Origin: Candidatus Improbicoccus pseudotrichonymphae
GTDB taxonomy: Bacteria; Bacillota; Clostridia; Oscillospirales; Acutalibacteraceae
Direction: 5' to 3'
Length of the DNA stretch: 64,000 bases
Assembly (NCBI GenBank): GCA_036322855.1
Contig: AP027924.1
Coordinates: 61,361-125,360, forward strand
Positions 38,575-49,018 of this stretch are shown piece after piece. Under the pieces are notes generated by a model that was not told the origin of the DNA, did not search any database, and saw nothing but the letters and a program-made list of their open reading frames with translations. The first letter of the stretch is position 1, and each line of letters opens with the position of its first letter. Both the position numbers and the translations under genes were made by a program.

Positions 38575-39369
38575 ATGAACTTTTTTAGGATAATTAATAA
38601 AAACAATTTTATAAGCAGGATTGATCCCAGAATCAAAATTCTGTTGTCGTGTGTTCTGACTTCTTGTATATTTATGTCAAGGAGATTTAGTTCGAAAATT
38701 ATAACTATAGCTTTTGTTTTTTTTTGTATCTTTTTGGCGAGAATACCTTTGATTTTATGTATTAAAAAAATTAGGTTTGCGTTGATCGTTCTTGCCGTTT
38801 CTGCTTTTTCAAACATGTTTCATTTTTCGAAAGGAAATATCGCGTTTAAGATATTTAATTTTTCCTTTACGTATTCAGCATTGCAAAATTCATTAATCGC
38901 GTTTTTAAGTTCGTTAACTTTAATTTTAATTTGCACAATAATTACATGTAATATAACATCTGCCGAGATAACAAGTGCCTCTCAAATGATTTTTAAACCT
39001 TTAAAAACGTTGAATTTAGATATTAATGATATCGGTTTGATTTTTATGTTAATTTTCAGATTTTTACCCATGGTTTTCGAGGAGACTGATAGAATAATAC
39101 AATCTCAAAAGCTCAGGGGTGGGTTCCCAAAAAGCAAAAATCTTTTAAAAATGATTAAATCGTTCAAAATTATTTTAATACCTGTTTTCATATCGTTTTT
39201 TAGGAAAGCTATGGAAATCTCTTTTGCCATAGAATGTAAATGTTACGGTTATACCGAAAAAAGAACTTCTTTACACTCGTTAAAATTGAAAAAAATAGAT
39301 TTTGTCTCTATGTTTATTGTATCAATATTGGTTATTGGAGTAGTACTTTGCGAAATCAAGAAATTTTAG
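38575..39369 (+). CDS. ecfT: energy-coupling-factor transporter transmembrane subunit
   Basis: IDPRIKILL start of the conserved region, ETDRIIQSQKLRG coupling motif; followed by truA as in Firmicutes. Confidence 0.75.
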   Translation: MNFFRIINKNNFISRIDPRIKILLSCVLTSCIFMSRRFSSKIITIAFVFFCIFLARIPLILCIKKIRFALIVLAVSAFSNMFHFSKGNIAFKIFNFSFTYSALQNSLIAFLSSLTLILICTIITCNITSAEITSASQMIFKPLKTLNLDINDIGLIFMLIFRFLPMVFEETDRIIQSQKLRGGFPKSKNLLKMIKSFKIILIPVFISFFRKAMEISFAIECKCYGYTEKRTSLHSLKLKKIDFVSMFIVSILVIGVVLCEIKKF

Positions 39370-40127
39370 GGAACGTGCTTATGGTAATAAGTTTCGATGG
39401 CGGCAACTATCATGGTTGGCAAATACAGAAAAATGCCGTTTCGATTCAAGAGATTTTTCAAGAGTGTTTAGCAAAGGTTATTGGTAAGGCTATAGACATA
39501 AAAGGGTGTTCCCGCACCGATGTTGGAGTTCATGCAAACGTGTATTGTATCAGTGCTGACGTTCCCATAAAAATTTCAGAAGATAATTTAATTTTTGCAT
39601 TAAATAATCTCTTGCCAAATGACATAGTAGTGATTAAATGTTTAAAAACAGGCGAAAATTTCCACGCGAGATACTCTTGTTTAGCAAAAGAATACGTTTA
39701 CAAATTGTATTTCAGCAGAATTAAAGATCCTTTTTTGAATAGAAAAGTTTTTTATTATCCTCGCTGTTTGAATATAAAACTAATGAAAAATGCCGCTAAA
39801 TTTTTCGTCGGAAAACATAATTTTTCTTCGTTTTATAATAAAAATAATCAAAAAATGGATTTAGATTTTACTAAAAATATATTTTATTTTGATATAGAAA
39901 AGCACGAAAAAATAATAGAATTCAGAATAAAAGCGGACGGTTTTTTATACAACATGATTCGAATAATGATAGGCACCCTCATAAAAATTTCCAAAGATAA
40001 TTTGACGCCCGAAACTGTAAAATTTATAATGAATAAAAAAGACAGAAAATACGCCGGGCCAACCGTGCCTGCCTGTGGGTTGTATATAAACAAAATATTT
40101 TATTGTTCGTTAGATTTTAATAATTAA
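39348..40127 (+). CDS. truA: tRNA pseudouridine(38-40) synthase
   Basis: ISFDGGNYHGWQIQ, CSRTDVGVHA (catalytic Asp), GFLYNMIR. Start uncertain (TTG 39348 or ATG 39381). Confidence 0.85.
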   Translation: MRNQEILGNVLMVISFDGGNYHGWQIQKNAVSIQEIFQECLAKVIGKAIDIKGCSRTDVGVHANVYCISADVPIKISEDNLIFALNNLLPNDIVVIKCLKTGENFHARYSCLAKEYVYKLYFSRIKDPFLNRKVFYYPRCLNIKLMKNAAKFFVGKHNFSSFYNKNNQKMDLDFTKNIFYFDIEKHEKIIEFRIKADGFLYNMIRIMIGTLIKISKDNLTPETVKFIMNKKDRKYAGPTVPACGLYINKIFYCSLDFNN

Positions 40128-40478
40128 TTCTCTATGCAGTAATTTATAAAAATTTCGAAGTTTAGCTAAGTAATTATAACAATGACAGGCATTGCTAAAG
40201 AAATATGTATTTATACATAAAAAGTAAAACTGAATATTCAATTATTCTTAAACTCTTAGGCCAACAATATGCTTTTCTTATAAATCTTGCTAAATAATGT
40301 CTAAGTAAACGATTCATTTACAGAAATCGCAGAAAACGTTTTTATATTAGATTTAATCTTATTTCTGGTATTTGTAATTTTGACATGGATGCTTAGTTTG
40401 GGAAGAAGTTTATTGAACAATTATGATATTTTTGCTAACATAAGATTTCGTTATTAAAAAATATTTTTTGAGGATTTA

Positions 40479-41168
40479 ATGCTTTTCGCCATTTCTGATT
40501 TGCATCTCTCGTTGGGTGCAGAAAAACCTATGAACGACATATTTGCGAACTGGCAAGGATATGTAGAAAAATTAAGATATAACTGGCTTAATTTAGTAAA
40601 AAGTGACGATACTGTAGTAATTGTTGGAGATATATCTTGGGCTATAAATTTAGAGGAAAGCTTAAAAGATTTTTTGTTTTTAGATTCTTTGCCTGGGGAA
40701 AAGATAATAATAAAGGGCAATCATGACTATTGGTGGACAAGTTTAAAAAAAAATAATGATTTTCTTGCCAGTAATAACATAAACAGCATTAAATTTTTAC
40801 AAAATTGTTCTATAGAAGCTCAAAATTTTTGCATATGTGGAACGAGAGGATGGAATTTTAATTCGAGATTGCCTCACGATATAAAAATCACAGAAAGAGA
40901 AATTGACAGATTGAAACTTTCCATAAAACATGCCGAGAAATCCAAGCTTGAAAAAGTGGTTTTTATGCACTATCCGCCACTGTACAAGAACAACATTTCA
41001 AAATTTGTAGATATTTTTCTTGAAAACAAAATAAGAAGATGTTATTATGGACATATCCATGTGAATAATTTTGTTAAAAGCAAATTGTTGGTGGATAACT
41101 ACATGGGTGTTAAATTCACGCTTGTTTCTTGTGACTATCTTGATTTTCGCCCAAAATATTTAAATTAG
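40479..41168 (+). CDS. calcineurin-like metallophosphoesterase
   Basis: AISDLHL, VVIVGDISW, GNHDYWW, MHYPP, GHIH motif series. Confidence 0.75.
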   Translation: MLFAISDLHLSLGAEKPMNDIFANWQGYVEKLRYNWLNLVKSDDTVVIVGDISWAINLEESLKDFLFLDSLPGEKIIIKGNHDYWWTSLKKNNDFLASNNINSIKFLQNCSIEAQNFCICGTRGWNFNSRLPHDIKITEREIDRLKLSIKHAEKSKLEKVVFMHYPPLYKNNISKFVDIFLENKIRRCYYGHIHVNNFVKSKLLVDNYMGVKFTLVSCDYLDFRPKYLN

Positions 41169-41245
41169 CGTTTTGTTGATTTATTATTTTGTTTGTTTTA
41201 TGATGGATTATGTATGTGAGATACATTCGGACAAGGGTTGAAATC

Positions 41246-42571
41246 ATGAAAATCATAAATAGTAAGAAAGAGAATAAAGGTCGCTATGAAGTTTGTCTTA
41301 AAATAAGTGCTTTGGAATTTAATAAAGCAATCGATACTGTTTTTAGAAAAAACTCAAGGAGATTTTCTGTTCCCGGATTTTGCAAAGGTAAGGTTCAACG
41401 CCGTTTGGTGGAAAAGTATTACGGTGAGGATATTTTTCACGAAGACACTTTGAATTTATTGTTATCTTTTGAAATTATTGATTTTTTGGAAAGTGAATTA
41501 GATATCGAAATAATAAAAGGAGATGATGTCATGCAAGTTCAAAATCAAAACATTGAAGAAAACGGAGACGTTGAGCTTAAATTGAATTTTGACACAATGC
41601 CGGAAGTTAATTTAAGTGGTAATTATAAGGGTTTAGAATATAACGTTAAACCACCGTCTAATATTACGGGAGAAGACGTGAGAAAAAGGGTAAATAAGTT
41701 TGTTGAATCGAAGTCCAAACTTGTTGATGTTACGGAAGCGCGTGGTGTAAGAGACAACGATGTAATTAGCGGCACATGTGTTGTTCGTGTGGGCAATAAA
41801 GAAGATAGCCCAAAAAATTTCAAACTTAAAGTCGAACCAGGCAAACCGGTAAATATATTCGGATTTGAAGTTCCGGGTTTTCATGGGAAAGTCGTGGGCA
41901 AAAAACTCGGGGATGAGGTTGAAATATCTGTTCCTATTCCAGAGGGTCTTGGAAATATAGCTCCGGGATTTTCTGACCAGGATATGAAATTTGTGATAAA
42001 TATTAATAAAATCCAGACAGTTAATTTGGAAAATTATAACAATGATTTTGTCGGGAAAGCAAGCAATGGTAAGTTTAGCACCACCGAAGAGTTTGATAAT
42101 AATTTTAAGATTATTTTGGAAAGAGAAGAAAGACGAAGATTCTCGGATGAGAAATTTGAACAGATAAAGTCAAATTTGTCTAATATGGTGAAAGAAGGAG
42201 ACGTTCCTGAAGTTTTGATTGAACAAGCAATGCGGGGAAGGCTTAGCGAACTGGAAGAAATTTTTAAGATGCAGGGTGGAACTTTGGAAGCCTTTTATAA
42301 ACAAACGGGGTCGGATGAGCAAAAATTAAGAAGTCAATTGAGACCTGAAGTGTTAAGTGAGTTGAGGTATACGTTGGCTTTGAGGGCAATTAAAAAAATC
42401 GAGTCAATAGTTGTAACAAATGAAGAATTAGAAAAAGAAAAGAATGCCATAGCCGAAGAAGATGGTATTGATAAAGAAAAGATATCCGACGAATATGTTG
42501 AAAATATGTTGGCTTTACAAAAGGCTTATGAGATAGTATCTCTTAATGCGGTAAATGTATATAAGGCTTAA
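41246..42571 (+). CDS. tig: trigger factor
   Basis: [21 protein letters not shown] ribosome-binding-region motif; tig-clpP-clpX synteny. Confidence 0.85.
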   Translation: MKIINSKKENKGRYEVCLKISALEFNKAIDTVFRKNSRRFSVPGFCKGKVQRRLVEKYYGEDIFHEDTLNLLLSFEIIDFLESELDIEIIKGDDVMQVQNQNIEENGDVELKLNFDTMPEVNLSGNYKGLEYNVKPPSNITGEDVRKRVNKFVESKSKLVDVTEARGVRDNDVISGTCVVRVGNKEDSPKNFKLKVEPGKPVNIFGFEVPGFHGKVVGKKLGDEVEISVPIPEGLGNIAPGFSDQDMKFVININKIQTVNLENYNNDFVGKASNGKFSTTEEFDNNFKIILEREERRRFSDEKFEQIKSNLSNMVKEGDVPEVLIEQAMRGRLSELEEIFKMQGGTLEAFYKQTGSDEQKLRSQLRPEVLSELRYTLALRAIKKIESIVVTNEELEKEKNAIAEEDGIDKEKISDEYVENMLALQKAYEIVSLNAVNVYKA

Positions 42572-42603
42572 GTTTTAACGTTTTGTTTCGAGGGGGTAAA
42601 TGT

Positions 42604-43221
42604 TTGAGTTTAGTACCTTATGTTATAGAGCAAACGAGTCGAGGCGAAAGGTCGTATGATATATATTCTCGTTTGTTGAGTGACAGAATTGTTATGCTGC
42701 ACGAAGAAGTAAATATGACGACGGCGAGTTTGATAATATCTCAGTTGTTGTATTTGGAGGGTCAAGATCCTTCAAAAGATATCTTTCTTTATATAAATAG
42801 TCCTGGCGGTTCTGTATCTAGTGGATTGGCGATTTATGATACTATACAGTATGTTAAGTGCGATGTTCGTACTATCTGCCTGGGGTTGGCTGCCAGCATG
42901 GGTGCATTTCTTTTGGCAGCGGGTACAAAAGGCAAACGTGTTGCCTTACCCAACAGTGAAATTTTAATTCATCAGCCGCTTGGCGGAATAAAAGGCCAAG
43001 CCACGGATATTAAGATCCATGCCGATTGGATGATTAAAACAAAGGAAAAGCTAAATAAAATGTTGGCAAAAAATACAGGTCAAAGTTTTAAAAAAATCGA
43101 GGAAGATACAGAAAGAGACAACATAATGGACGCCGAACAGGCTGTGGAATATGGTATAGTTGACAAAATTATAGTTTCTCGCGAAGATGTGAGTGAGGAT
43201 GAGTCTTCCGATGAGAAGTAA
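42604..43221 (+). CDS. clpP: ATP-dependent Clp protease proteolytic subunit
   Basis: [34 protein letters not shown] (Ser), IHQPLGG (His). Start taken as the TTG after GAGGGGG. Confidence 0.9.
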   Translation: MSLVPYVIEQTSRGERSYDIYSRLLSDRIVMLHEEVNMTTASLIISQLLYLEGQDPSKDIFLYINSPGGSVSSGLAIYDTIQYVKCDVRTICLGLAASMGAFLLAAGTKGKRVALPNSEILIHQPLGGIKGQATDIKIHADWMIKTKEKLNKMLAKNTGQSFKKIEEDTERDNIMDAEQAVEYGIVDKIIVSREDVSEDESSDEK

Positions 43222-43270
43222 AATTTGAGATTCACTGGTTTTTAGTTCTATAAAAAAAAGAGGAAGCTAA

Positions 43271-44578
43271 ATGGTTCAACACATATGCTCTTTTTGTGGC
43301 AAAGATCAACAAGAAGTGAAACGAATTGTGGCAGGCCCCGGGGTTTATATTTGTGATGAGTGCGTTCGCTTATGTAGTAATGTATTGGATGAAGATGAAA
43401 ATGAAGACAAAAGTAGTAAACCACAAAAAAAACACACCGATTTTTCTCAGATGGGCAGAACGTTGCCGAAGCCCAAAGAGATAAAAAAAAATCTGGATCA
43501 GTATATAATAGGTCAAGATGATGCTAAGGTTACGTTGTCGGTTGCTGTTTACAACCATTACAAACGAATTTATTTCGGGTTAAGCGACGATGTTGAGATA
43601 AATAAAAGCAACGTCTTGCTTTTGGGACCTACCGGTGTGGGTAAGACGCTCTTGGCTCAGACAATTGCCAGGATATTGCATGTTCCTTTTTCCATAGCCG
43701 ATGCAACCACTCTGACAGAAGCTGGATATGTTGGAGATGATGTTGAAAATATTTTGTTGAGACTCCTACAAGCAGCAGATTTTGATGTAGATAGAGCGCA
43801 AACAGGTATAATTTATATCGATGAAATAGATAAAATTTCAAGAAAATCTGAAAACGTCTCAATAACACGTGATGTCAGCGGGGAAGGAGTTCAGCAAGCT
43901 CTTTTGAAAATTTTGGAAGGTACCATTGCCAATGTTCCTCCTAAAGGCGGCAGAAAACACCCACATCAAGATTTTATTCAGTTGGACACTAAAAATATAT
44001 TGTTTATCTGCGGTGGTGCTTTCGATGGCATAGAAAAGATGATCGAAAAAAGAACAAATTCTTCGTGTTTAGGTTTTGGAACGGTTATAAAAAGTAAAGA
44101 AGATAAAAAAAAGACTGATTGGTTTTCTCTCGTTGAACCTTATGATTTAGTTAAATACGGTTTAATACCGGAAATTGTCGGAAGACTTCCGGTTATAACG
44201 ACTTTAAAAGCTTTGGACGAAAACTCATTGAAAAAAATTTTGGTAGAGCCTAAAAATGCTCTCATAAATCAGTATAAGAAATTATTCGAATTAGATTCGG
44301 TGGAACTTGAGTTTACAGATGATGCCTTGAATTGTATAGCAAAAAAAGCATTTAAAAATGATACCGGCGCGCGTGGTTTGCGTACAATTGTTGAATCTAA
44401 GCTTCGAAAAATTATGTATGAAATACCCGACGATCCGACGGCTGAAAAAGTTACAATAAATAAGGATGTCATACTCAAAGATTCTGAACCTGAGTATGTG
44501 CGAAACGAAAACAAAAAACAGAACAATACGAATTTTAATTTCAATTGGTTTAGAAAAAATAATAAAAAAATTAAATAG
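43271..44578 (+). CDS. clpX: ATP-dependent Clp protease ATP-binding subunit
   Basis: Zinc finger CSFCGK..CDEC, Walker [17 protein letters not shown]. Confidence 0.92.
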   Translation: MVQHICSFCGKDQQEVKRIVAGPGVYICDECVRLCSNVLDEDENEDKSSKPQKKHTDFSQMGRTLPKPKEIKKNLDQYIIGQDDAKVTLSVAVYNHYKRIYFGLSDDVEINKSNVLLLGPTGVGKTLLAQTIARILHVPFSIADATTLTEAGYVGDDVENILLRLLQAADFDVDRAQTGIIYIDEIDKISRKSENVSITRDVSGEGVQQALLKILEGTIANVPPKGGRKHPHQDFIQLDTKNILFICGGAFDGIEKMIEKRTNSSCLGFGTVIKSKEDKKKTDWFSLVEPYDLVKYGLIPEIVGRLPVITTLKALDENSLKKILVEPKNALINQYKKLFELDSVELEFTDDALNCIAKKAFKNDTGARGLRTIVESKLRKIMYEIPDDPTAEKVTINKDVILKDSEPEYVRNENKKQNNTNFNFNWFRKNNKKIK

Positions 44579-44591
44579 TTTTTTATTAATT

Positions 44592-45818
44592 ATGGGGGAT
44601 TTTGTGGAAATTCTAACTTACGGCGATAGAGATTATCGTTTCTCTCGGGGTAGATTTGTAGAAAATGCGAATGTTAATCGTAAGAAGGTAATTTTAAGAT
44701 GTGATTTGAACGTTCCCGTAAAAAACAACGTAATAAAAGACAGTAGTAGAATAGATGAGAGCCTTGAAACCATTAATTATTTGATTTCAGAACAAGCAAA
44801 AATAATAGTGTGTTCTCATTTGGGACGTCCTCGCGGAGAATATGAGTCTTCTTTGAGTTTGATTACAGTAAAAGAATATTTAGAAAAAAAAATAAATAAG
44901 GAAATTAAGTTCGTTCCATCGATTATTGGCTCTGAAACAAAAAAAATAATAGATGAGATGCAGTTCGGAGAAGTTTGTTTGCTCGAAAATCTTCGTTTTC
45001 ATATCGGCGAAGAAAATTGCGATTTCGAATTCGCTTCAAAGCTTGCGGAATTAGCAGATGTTTATGTTAATGATGCTTTTGGTACCTGCCATCGCGAGCA
45101 TTCTTCAATTGTGTTGGTTCCAAAAATGTTACCGGCATTCTACGGTTATTTAATTAGGAAAGAAGTTAACAAAATAAGAGATTTTGTAAAAAATATTCAG
45201 AAACCATTTGTTGTTATTCTTGGTGGAGCAAAGGTTTCTGATAAAATTGGGGCAATAAGAAATTTGCTGGGTAAGGCCCAAACAATAATTATAGGCGGTG
45301 GGATGTCTTATACATTTATAAATGCCTTGGGATATCCGATAGGAGATTCAATTTGCGATAAAGATAAAATAGAATTGGCTAAAGAGATTATGACGATTGC
45401 CGTGGAAAAAGAAACTAAACTTTTATTTCCGTCTGATGTAAGAATAGGAAGGAAGTTTAATCCGAAAACTGAAAATAAAGTAGTAGATATAAACGAAATT
45501 CCGGAACATTGGCAGGGGTTAGACATAGGCATAAAGGCTATAAAACATTTTTCCAAAGAAATCGAAGAGGCGAAGTACATTTATTGGAACGGGCCCGTGG
45601 GCGTATCTGAATGGAAGGCGTTTGAAAATGGGACTTATGCTATTGCGCAAGCGGTAGCAAGGAGTTCTGCAGAATCGATTATAGGCGGTGGAGACTCAGG
45701 AGAAGCCGTGAGAAGAATGAATCTAGAAAGCGAAATTTCTCATATTTCTACCGGAGGTGGTTCATCTCTAATGTTTGTAGAGGGAAAAGAGCTTCCGGGG
45801 TTAAAAATTTTTTCCTAG
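44592..45818 (+). CDS. pgk: phosphoglycerate kinase
   Basis: KKVILRCDLNVP, SHLGRP, GGAKVSDKI, ISTGGG motifs. Longer track ORF rejected in favour of ATG 44592. Confidence 0.9.
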   Translation: MGDFVEILTYGDRDYRFSRGRFVENANVNRKKVILRCDLNVPVKNNVIKDSSRIDESLETINYLISEQAKIIVCSHLGRPRGEYESSLSLITVKEYLEKKINKEIKFVPSIIGSETKKIIDEMQFGEVCLLENLRFHIGEENCDFEFASKLAELADVYVNDAFGTCHREHSSIVLVPKMLPAFYGYLIRKEVNKIRDFVKNIQKPFVVILGGAKVSDKIGAIRNLLGKAQTIIIGGGMSYTFINALGYPIGDSICDKDKIELAKEIMTIAVEKETKLLFPSDVRIGRKFNPKTENKVVDINEIPEHWQGLDIGIKAIKHFSKEIEEAKYIYWNGPVGVSEWKAFENGTYAIAQAVARSSAESIIGGGDSGEAVRRMNLESEISHISTGGGSSLMFVEGKELPGLKIFS

Positions 45819-45852
45819 TATTAGATATTTTAAACACAAGTATTTTTGTCGT

Positions 45853-45927
45853 GTCCCCGTAGTTAAATGGAAATAACAAAATCCTCCTAAGATTTAGTTG
45901 TAGGTTCGATTCCTGTCGGGGATGCCA
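45853..45927 (+). tRNA. tRNA-Arg (anticodon CCU) with encoded CCA
   Basis: Hand-folded: acceptor GTCCCCG/CGGGGAT (G1:U72 wobble), D stem GTTA/TAAC, anticodon loop CTCCTAA, T-loop TTCGATT. Confidence 0.7.
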
Positions 45928-46037
45928 AGGTTTGTTTGCCGATTGTTGATAGTTAGACCTGCCCTAAAACTAAATTATTTTTGTAAATTTCAAGAAATGA
46001 AAACACAGAAACAAGATGACATTTTCTATATTCCCAA

Positions 46038-46784
46038 GGCCTGTTCACGCGAAATAAATTTAAAATTATAAGAAAATAGAAAAATTGTTTCCAAAACAGA
46101 AAAGTTTTTCTAAAATCAGCAATTTAGAAATATTAAACACGCTTTACATGTTCTTGAAAATGGGTGTAAACATCACAGTTTAGGGAAATAACTGGCATAC
46201 GATTTATATGAGTATTAATCGTTGGACTAAAAACGTAACGCCAGAAAAAGTGTTCAAATGTTTGCAAGGTAATGGAATGATTGCATTAAAAAGTCGGATA
46301 TTTTCTCTAGATTCTAGGTGCATAAAATTTTACCATGATGTGCTTTGGAAAAGGTAAGCAAACAAGCAATCGGCAAGACAAAAAGAGACCGGAATACAAA
46401 AAATTCATATGATTTGCGGAAGTAAAGATCTGTGATTTTTATGCTCTTGCTTGGTCAAGACGGCAATGCATTTGGAGAAAAGATGGTTTCGAAAAAAAGC
46501 TAAAAAGAAGAAGTATTTACTTATGGATAAAGCATATGAAGAAGATGAAACTCGAAGTTTGGCTAAAGATTCGGGTTTTTAAATTGTTTCACCTAAATCA
46601 GATCTAAAAACCTTGGTTATGTGATAAAATTTTATACAAAAAACGTAATGAATCGAACGGATATTTCGTAGATTGCTCAGATTTCGCCACATTTTTACAC
46701 GTTATGATAAGCTCGCTTTAATATATATTTCTTTTCTTTACCTTGCATTTATTTTTTGATGTTTTATTTCATATGAATGGACTC
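46038..46784 (+). mobile_element. degenerate IS5-family element (second type), transposase riddled with stops
   Basis: End GGCCTGTTCACGCGAA; frames read ..LLMDKAYEEDETRSLAKDSGF.. and ..IERIFRRLLRFRHIFTRYDKLALIYISFLYLAFIF*. Confidence 0.6.
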
Positions 46785-48178
46785 TAAAAAAAGGCTTTGC
46801 CAAGTTTTGCAGCCATTTTTTTCTTCATTTTTCTTCTCTTCTTTTCAACTTTAATAAACAATTTCGCCAATTCTTCCGACACAAGGACATTTCCGATTAC
46901 TTCTTTTGATTTATTTTTTAAAATTAAATAAAAACTTGTCAAACGAAATTCGGGTTCGCAATCACTCAATAATTCACACAATTTTTCTTTTAAGCTTTTT
47001 CTAGTTAAATTAGAAATATTCTCTTGGCCCATTGCGACCTTATAAACAAATCGAGAATACGGATCCATTCTTTCTACTTTTGTTTCAATTTCTTCTCTAA
47101 CTTCTTGAGGGGATAGTTGAGGGGGTAGATGAATGAAATGAATTAAATTACAATGTGCAGGTGGTATTCCTCTATTAATTTTTGCAAAAAGATAATCATT
47201 GGCGCCATATAAAATACTTGAAACATCACCAAACGTTTCGTCCAAACTATAAAAAAACGTTACGCCTTCGTCTTCTTCATTTTTGCGAACCACTGTCTTC
47301 TTTCCCAAAGCAAAAGTAAAAACTTTCCATCCAAAACAATTAAGAAAGCTTAATTCAGAAAAATCGTATTCTTTAGAATTGTTTTCAAAAGAATTTACTT
47401 TTAATCTTCTGTTTTTCTCATTAAGTTCTTTATCTTTTTCATTAAGTTCTTCCTTTAATATTTCGATTTCCTCATTTTTAAATTTTAAATCTTCATTTTT
47501 AGTTCCATAAAACCGTAAACAACACGCAGTGGTAAGAAATAAAATAACATCTAAACTATTTCTTATTAAACCTGAATTATTATTTTTTTTGCTTTTGATG
47601 TCTTTTACTTCTTCTTTATCTTCTTTATCTTCTTTATCTTCTTTATCTTCTTTATCTTCTTTATCTTCTTTATCTTCTTTATCTTCTTTATCTTCTTTAT
47701 CTTCTTTATCTTCTTTATCTTCTTTATCTTCTTTATCTTCTTTATCTTCTTTTACTTCTTTTACTTCTTTTACTTCTTTTACTTCTTTTACTTCTTTTAC
47801 TTCTTTTACTTCTTTTACTTCTTTTACTTCTTTTACTTCTTTTACTTCTTTTACTTCTTTTACTTCTTTTACTTCTTTTACTTCTTTTACTTCTTTTTCT
47901 TCTTTTTCTTCTTTTTCTTCTTTTTCTTCTTTTTCTTCTTTTTCTTCTTTTTCTTCTTTTTCTTCTTTTTCTTCTTTTTCTTCTTCTTTTTCAGACCCAT
48001 CTGCAGCTGGATTATTATCAATGACCTTATCCGAAACAAATTCCCTATTGTCCGAATTTGGATTGGCCCCAACAAAAGACTGACAACACATAACAACAGC
48101 TAAGATAGAGGAAATTATCTTATTATTTTTATTAATCTTCTTATTATTTTCATTATTACTTATTTTTTCTTTTTTCAT
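46784..48178 (-). CDS. 5'-module family member G (signal peptide retained, promoter/leader/SSR module missing); C-terminal domain type 4
   Basis: MKKEKISNNENNKKINKNNKIISSILAVVMCCQSFVGA, (EEK)(EVK)(EDK) arrays, TM helix. C-terminus is homologous to F; the stop abuts the IS end. Confidence 0.7.
   Translation of the reverse strand: MKKEKISNNENNKKINKNNKIISSILAVVMCCQSFVGANPNSDNREFVSDKVIDNNPAADGSEKEEEKEEKEEKEEKEEKEEKEEKEEKEEKEEKEVKEVKEVKEVKEVKEVKEVKEVKEVKEVKEVKEVKEVKEVKEVKEVKEDKEDKEDKEDKEDKEDKEDKEDKEDKEDKEDKEDKEDKEDKEDKEEVKDIKSKKNNNSGLIRNSLDVILFLTTACCLRFYGTKNEDLKFKNEEIEILKEELNEKDKELNEKNRRLKVNSFENNSKEYDFSELSFLNCFGWKVFTFALGKKTVVRKNEEDEGVTFFYSLDETFGDVSSILYGANDYLFAKINRGIPPAHCNLIHFIHLPPQLSPQEVREEIETKVERMDPYSRFVYKVAMGQENISNLTRKSLKEKLCELLSDCEPEFRLTSFYLILKNKSKEVIGNVLVSEELAKLFIKVEKKRRKMKKKMAAKLGKAFF
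47611..47980 (-). repeat. three contiguous in-frame 9-bp tandem arrays (15 + 16 + 10 units)
   Basis: + strand CTTCTTTAT x15 (47611-47745), TTCTTTTAC x16 (47747-47890), TTCTTTTTC x10 (47891-47980). Coding-strand units GATAAAGAA / GTAAAAGAA / GAAAAAGAA differ by single bases. Confidence 0.95.
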
Positions 48179-48521
48179 AGAGATAACCCCCTGATTTCTC
48201 TCTTTCATCTTTATCTTCAAGCGTCATTCCTTCAGGTTGAATCCCACCTTCTGTTAATTCTGACGCAAATGCAATACTCATACAGAACAAACTCAAAAAC
48301 AGAATCAAATACTTTTTGATAATCATAATCAGTCAATCTTGTTATTAAGTTAAAAACAAGCTGTATACATATTTATAGTAGACTAAATTTTTAAAAAGTC
48401 AAAAAATCAAAAAAATTACTTTGGCCGGTTGTAGAATATTGATCTGCAATAAGATCGGTCGTTTTGAATTTAAACGTTGCGATTATATTTAACTTTTTAA
48501 TGTTTTTCAAACTTGCTAGTG

Positions 48522-48549
48522 TTGAAATTTAAAACTAATTTGGTATATT
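48522..48549 (+). promoter_or_regulatory. candidate promoter of the S10 operon (TTGAAA-16-TGGTATATT)
   Basis: Motif match only, ~130 nt upstream of rpsJ. Confidence 0.3.
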
Positions 48550-48681
48550 TTGTAATCAGTGTTATTATTCTTGCATTATAGATTATTTTTAATTTTATTT
48601 TGCATTATTAAGCCTAATGGTTTATAGTGATTTCTGTTTGGGGTTTATGTCGAATAAATAAGAAAGGTGGTGTAGTTTTTA

Positions 48682-48990
48682 GTGTCAAGAGAAAAAATAA
48701 GAATTCGTTTGAAAGGATACGATCATGAGATAGTTGATAAGTCTGTCGAAAGGATCATATCGGTGGCGAAGCGTTCGGGAGCTGTCATATCGGGCCCAAT
48801 TCCGCTTCCTACTAAGAAAAAAATAATAACCGTTTTGCGCTCTACGCAGATAAATAAAGATAGTCGTGAACAGTTCGAGGTGCGGACTCATAAGCGTTTG
48901 ATCGATATAACTAATACCAGTAATAAGACAGTCGAGTCTTTGAGTAGTCTTGAGTTACCAGCAGGTGTAGAGATAGATATCAAACTTTGA
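48682..48990 (+). CDS. rpsJ: 30S ribosomal protein S10
   Basis: [10 protein letters not shown]..; first gene of the S10 operon; GTG start. Confidence 0.92.
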   Translation: MSREKIRIRLKGYDHEIVDKSVERIISVAKRSGAVISGPIPLPTKKKIITVLRSTQINKDSREQFEVRTHKRLIDITNTSNKTVESLSSLELPAGVEIDIKL

Positions 48991-49018
48991 TTTAAAGATT
49001 TTAGGAGATATAGATAGA

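Noticed and set aside
40130-40478. Possible transposase fragment (minus-strand MNRLLRHYLARFIRKAYCWPKSL..) between truA and the phosphoesterase gene
   Set aside because: It is too short and too weakly similar to call, and no inverted repeats were found.
47611-47980. CRISPR array
   Set aside because: The repeats are 9 bp, contiguous with no spacers, in frame inside a CDS, and there are no cas genes.
47529-48083. 184-aa + strand ORF (SLSS/FTS repeats) and 47887..48096 poly-K ORF; likewise 31737..32003(-), 32153..32803(-) and 20430..20865(+)
   Set aside because: These are antisense or alternative-frame read-throughs of the in-frame tandem repeats of family members G, E and A. They are artefacts of stop-free low-complexity repeats.
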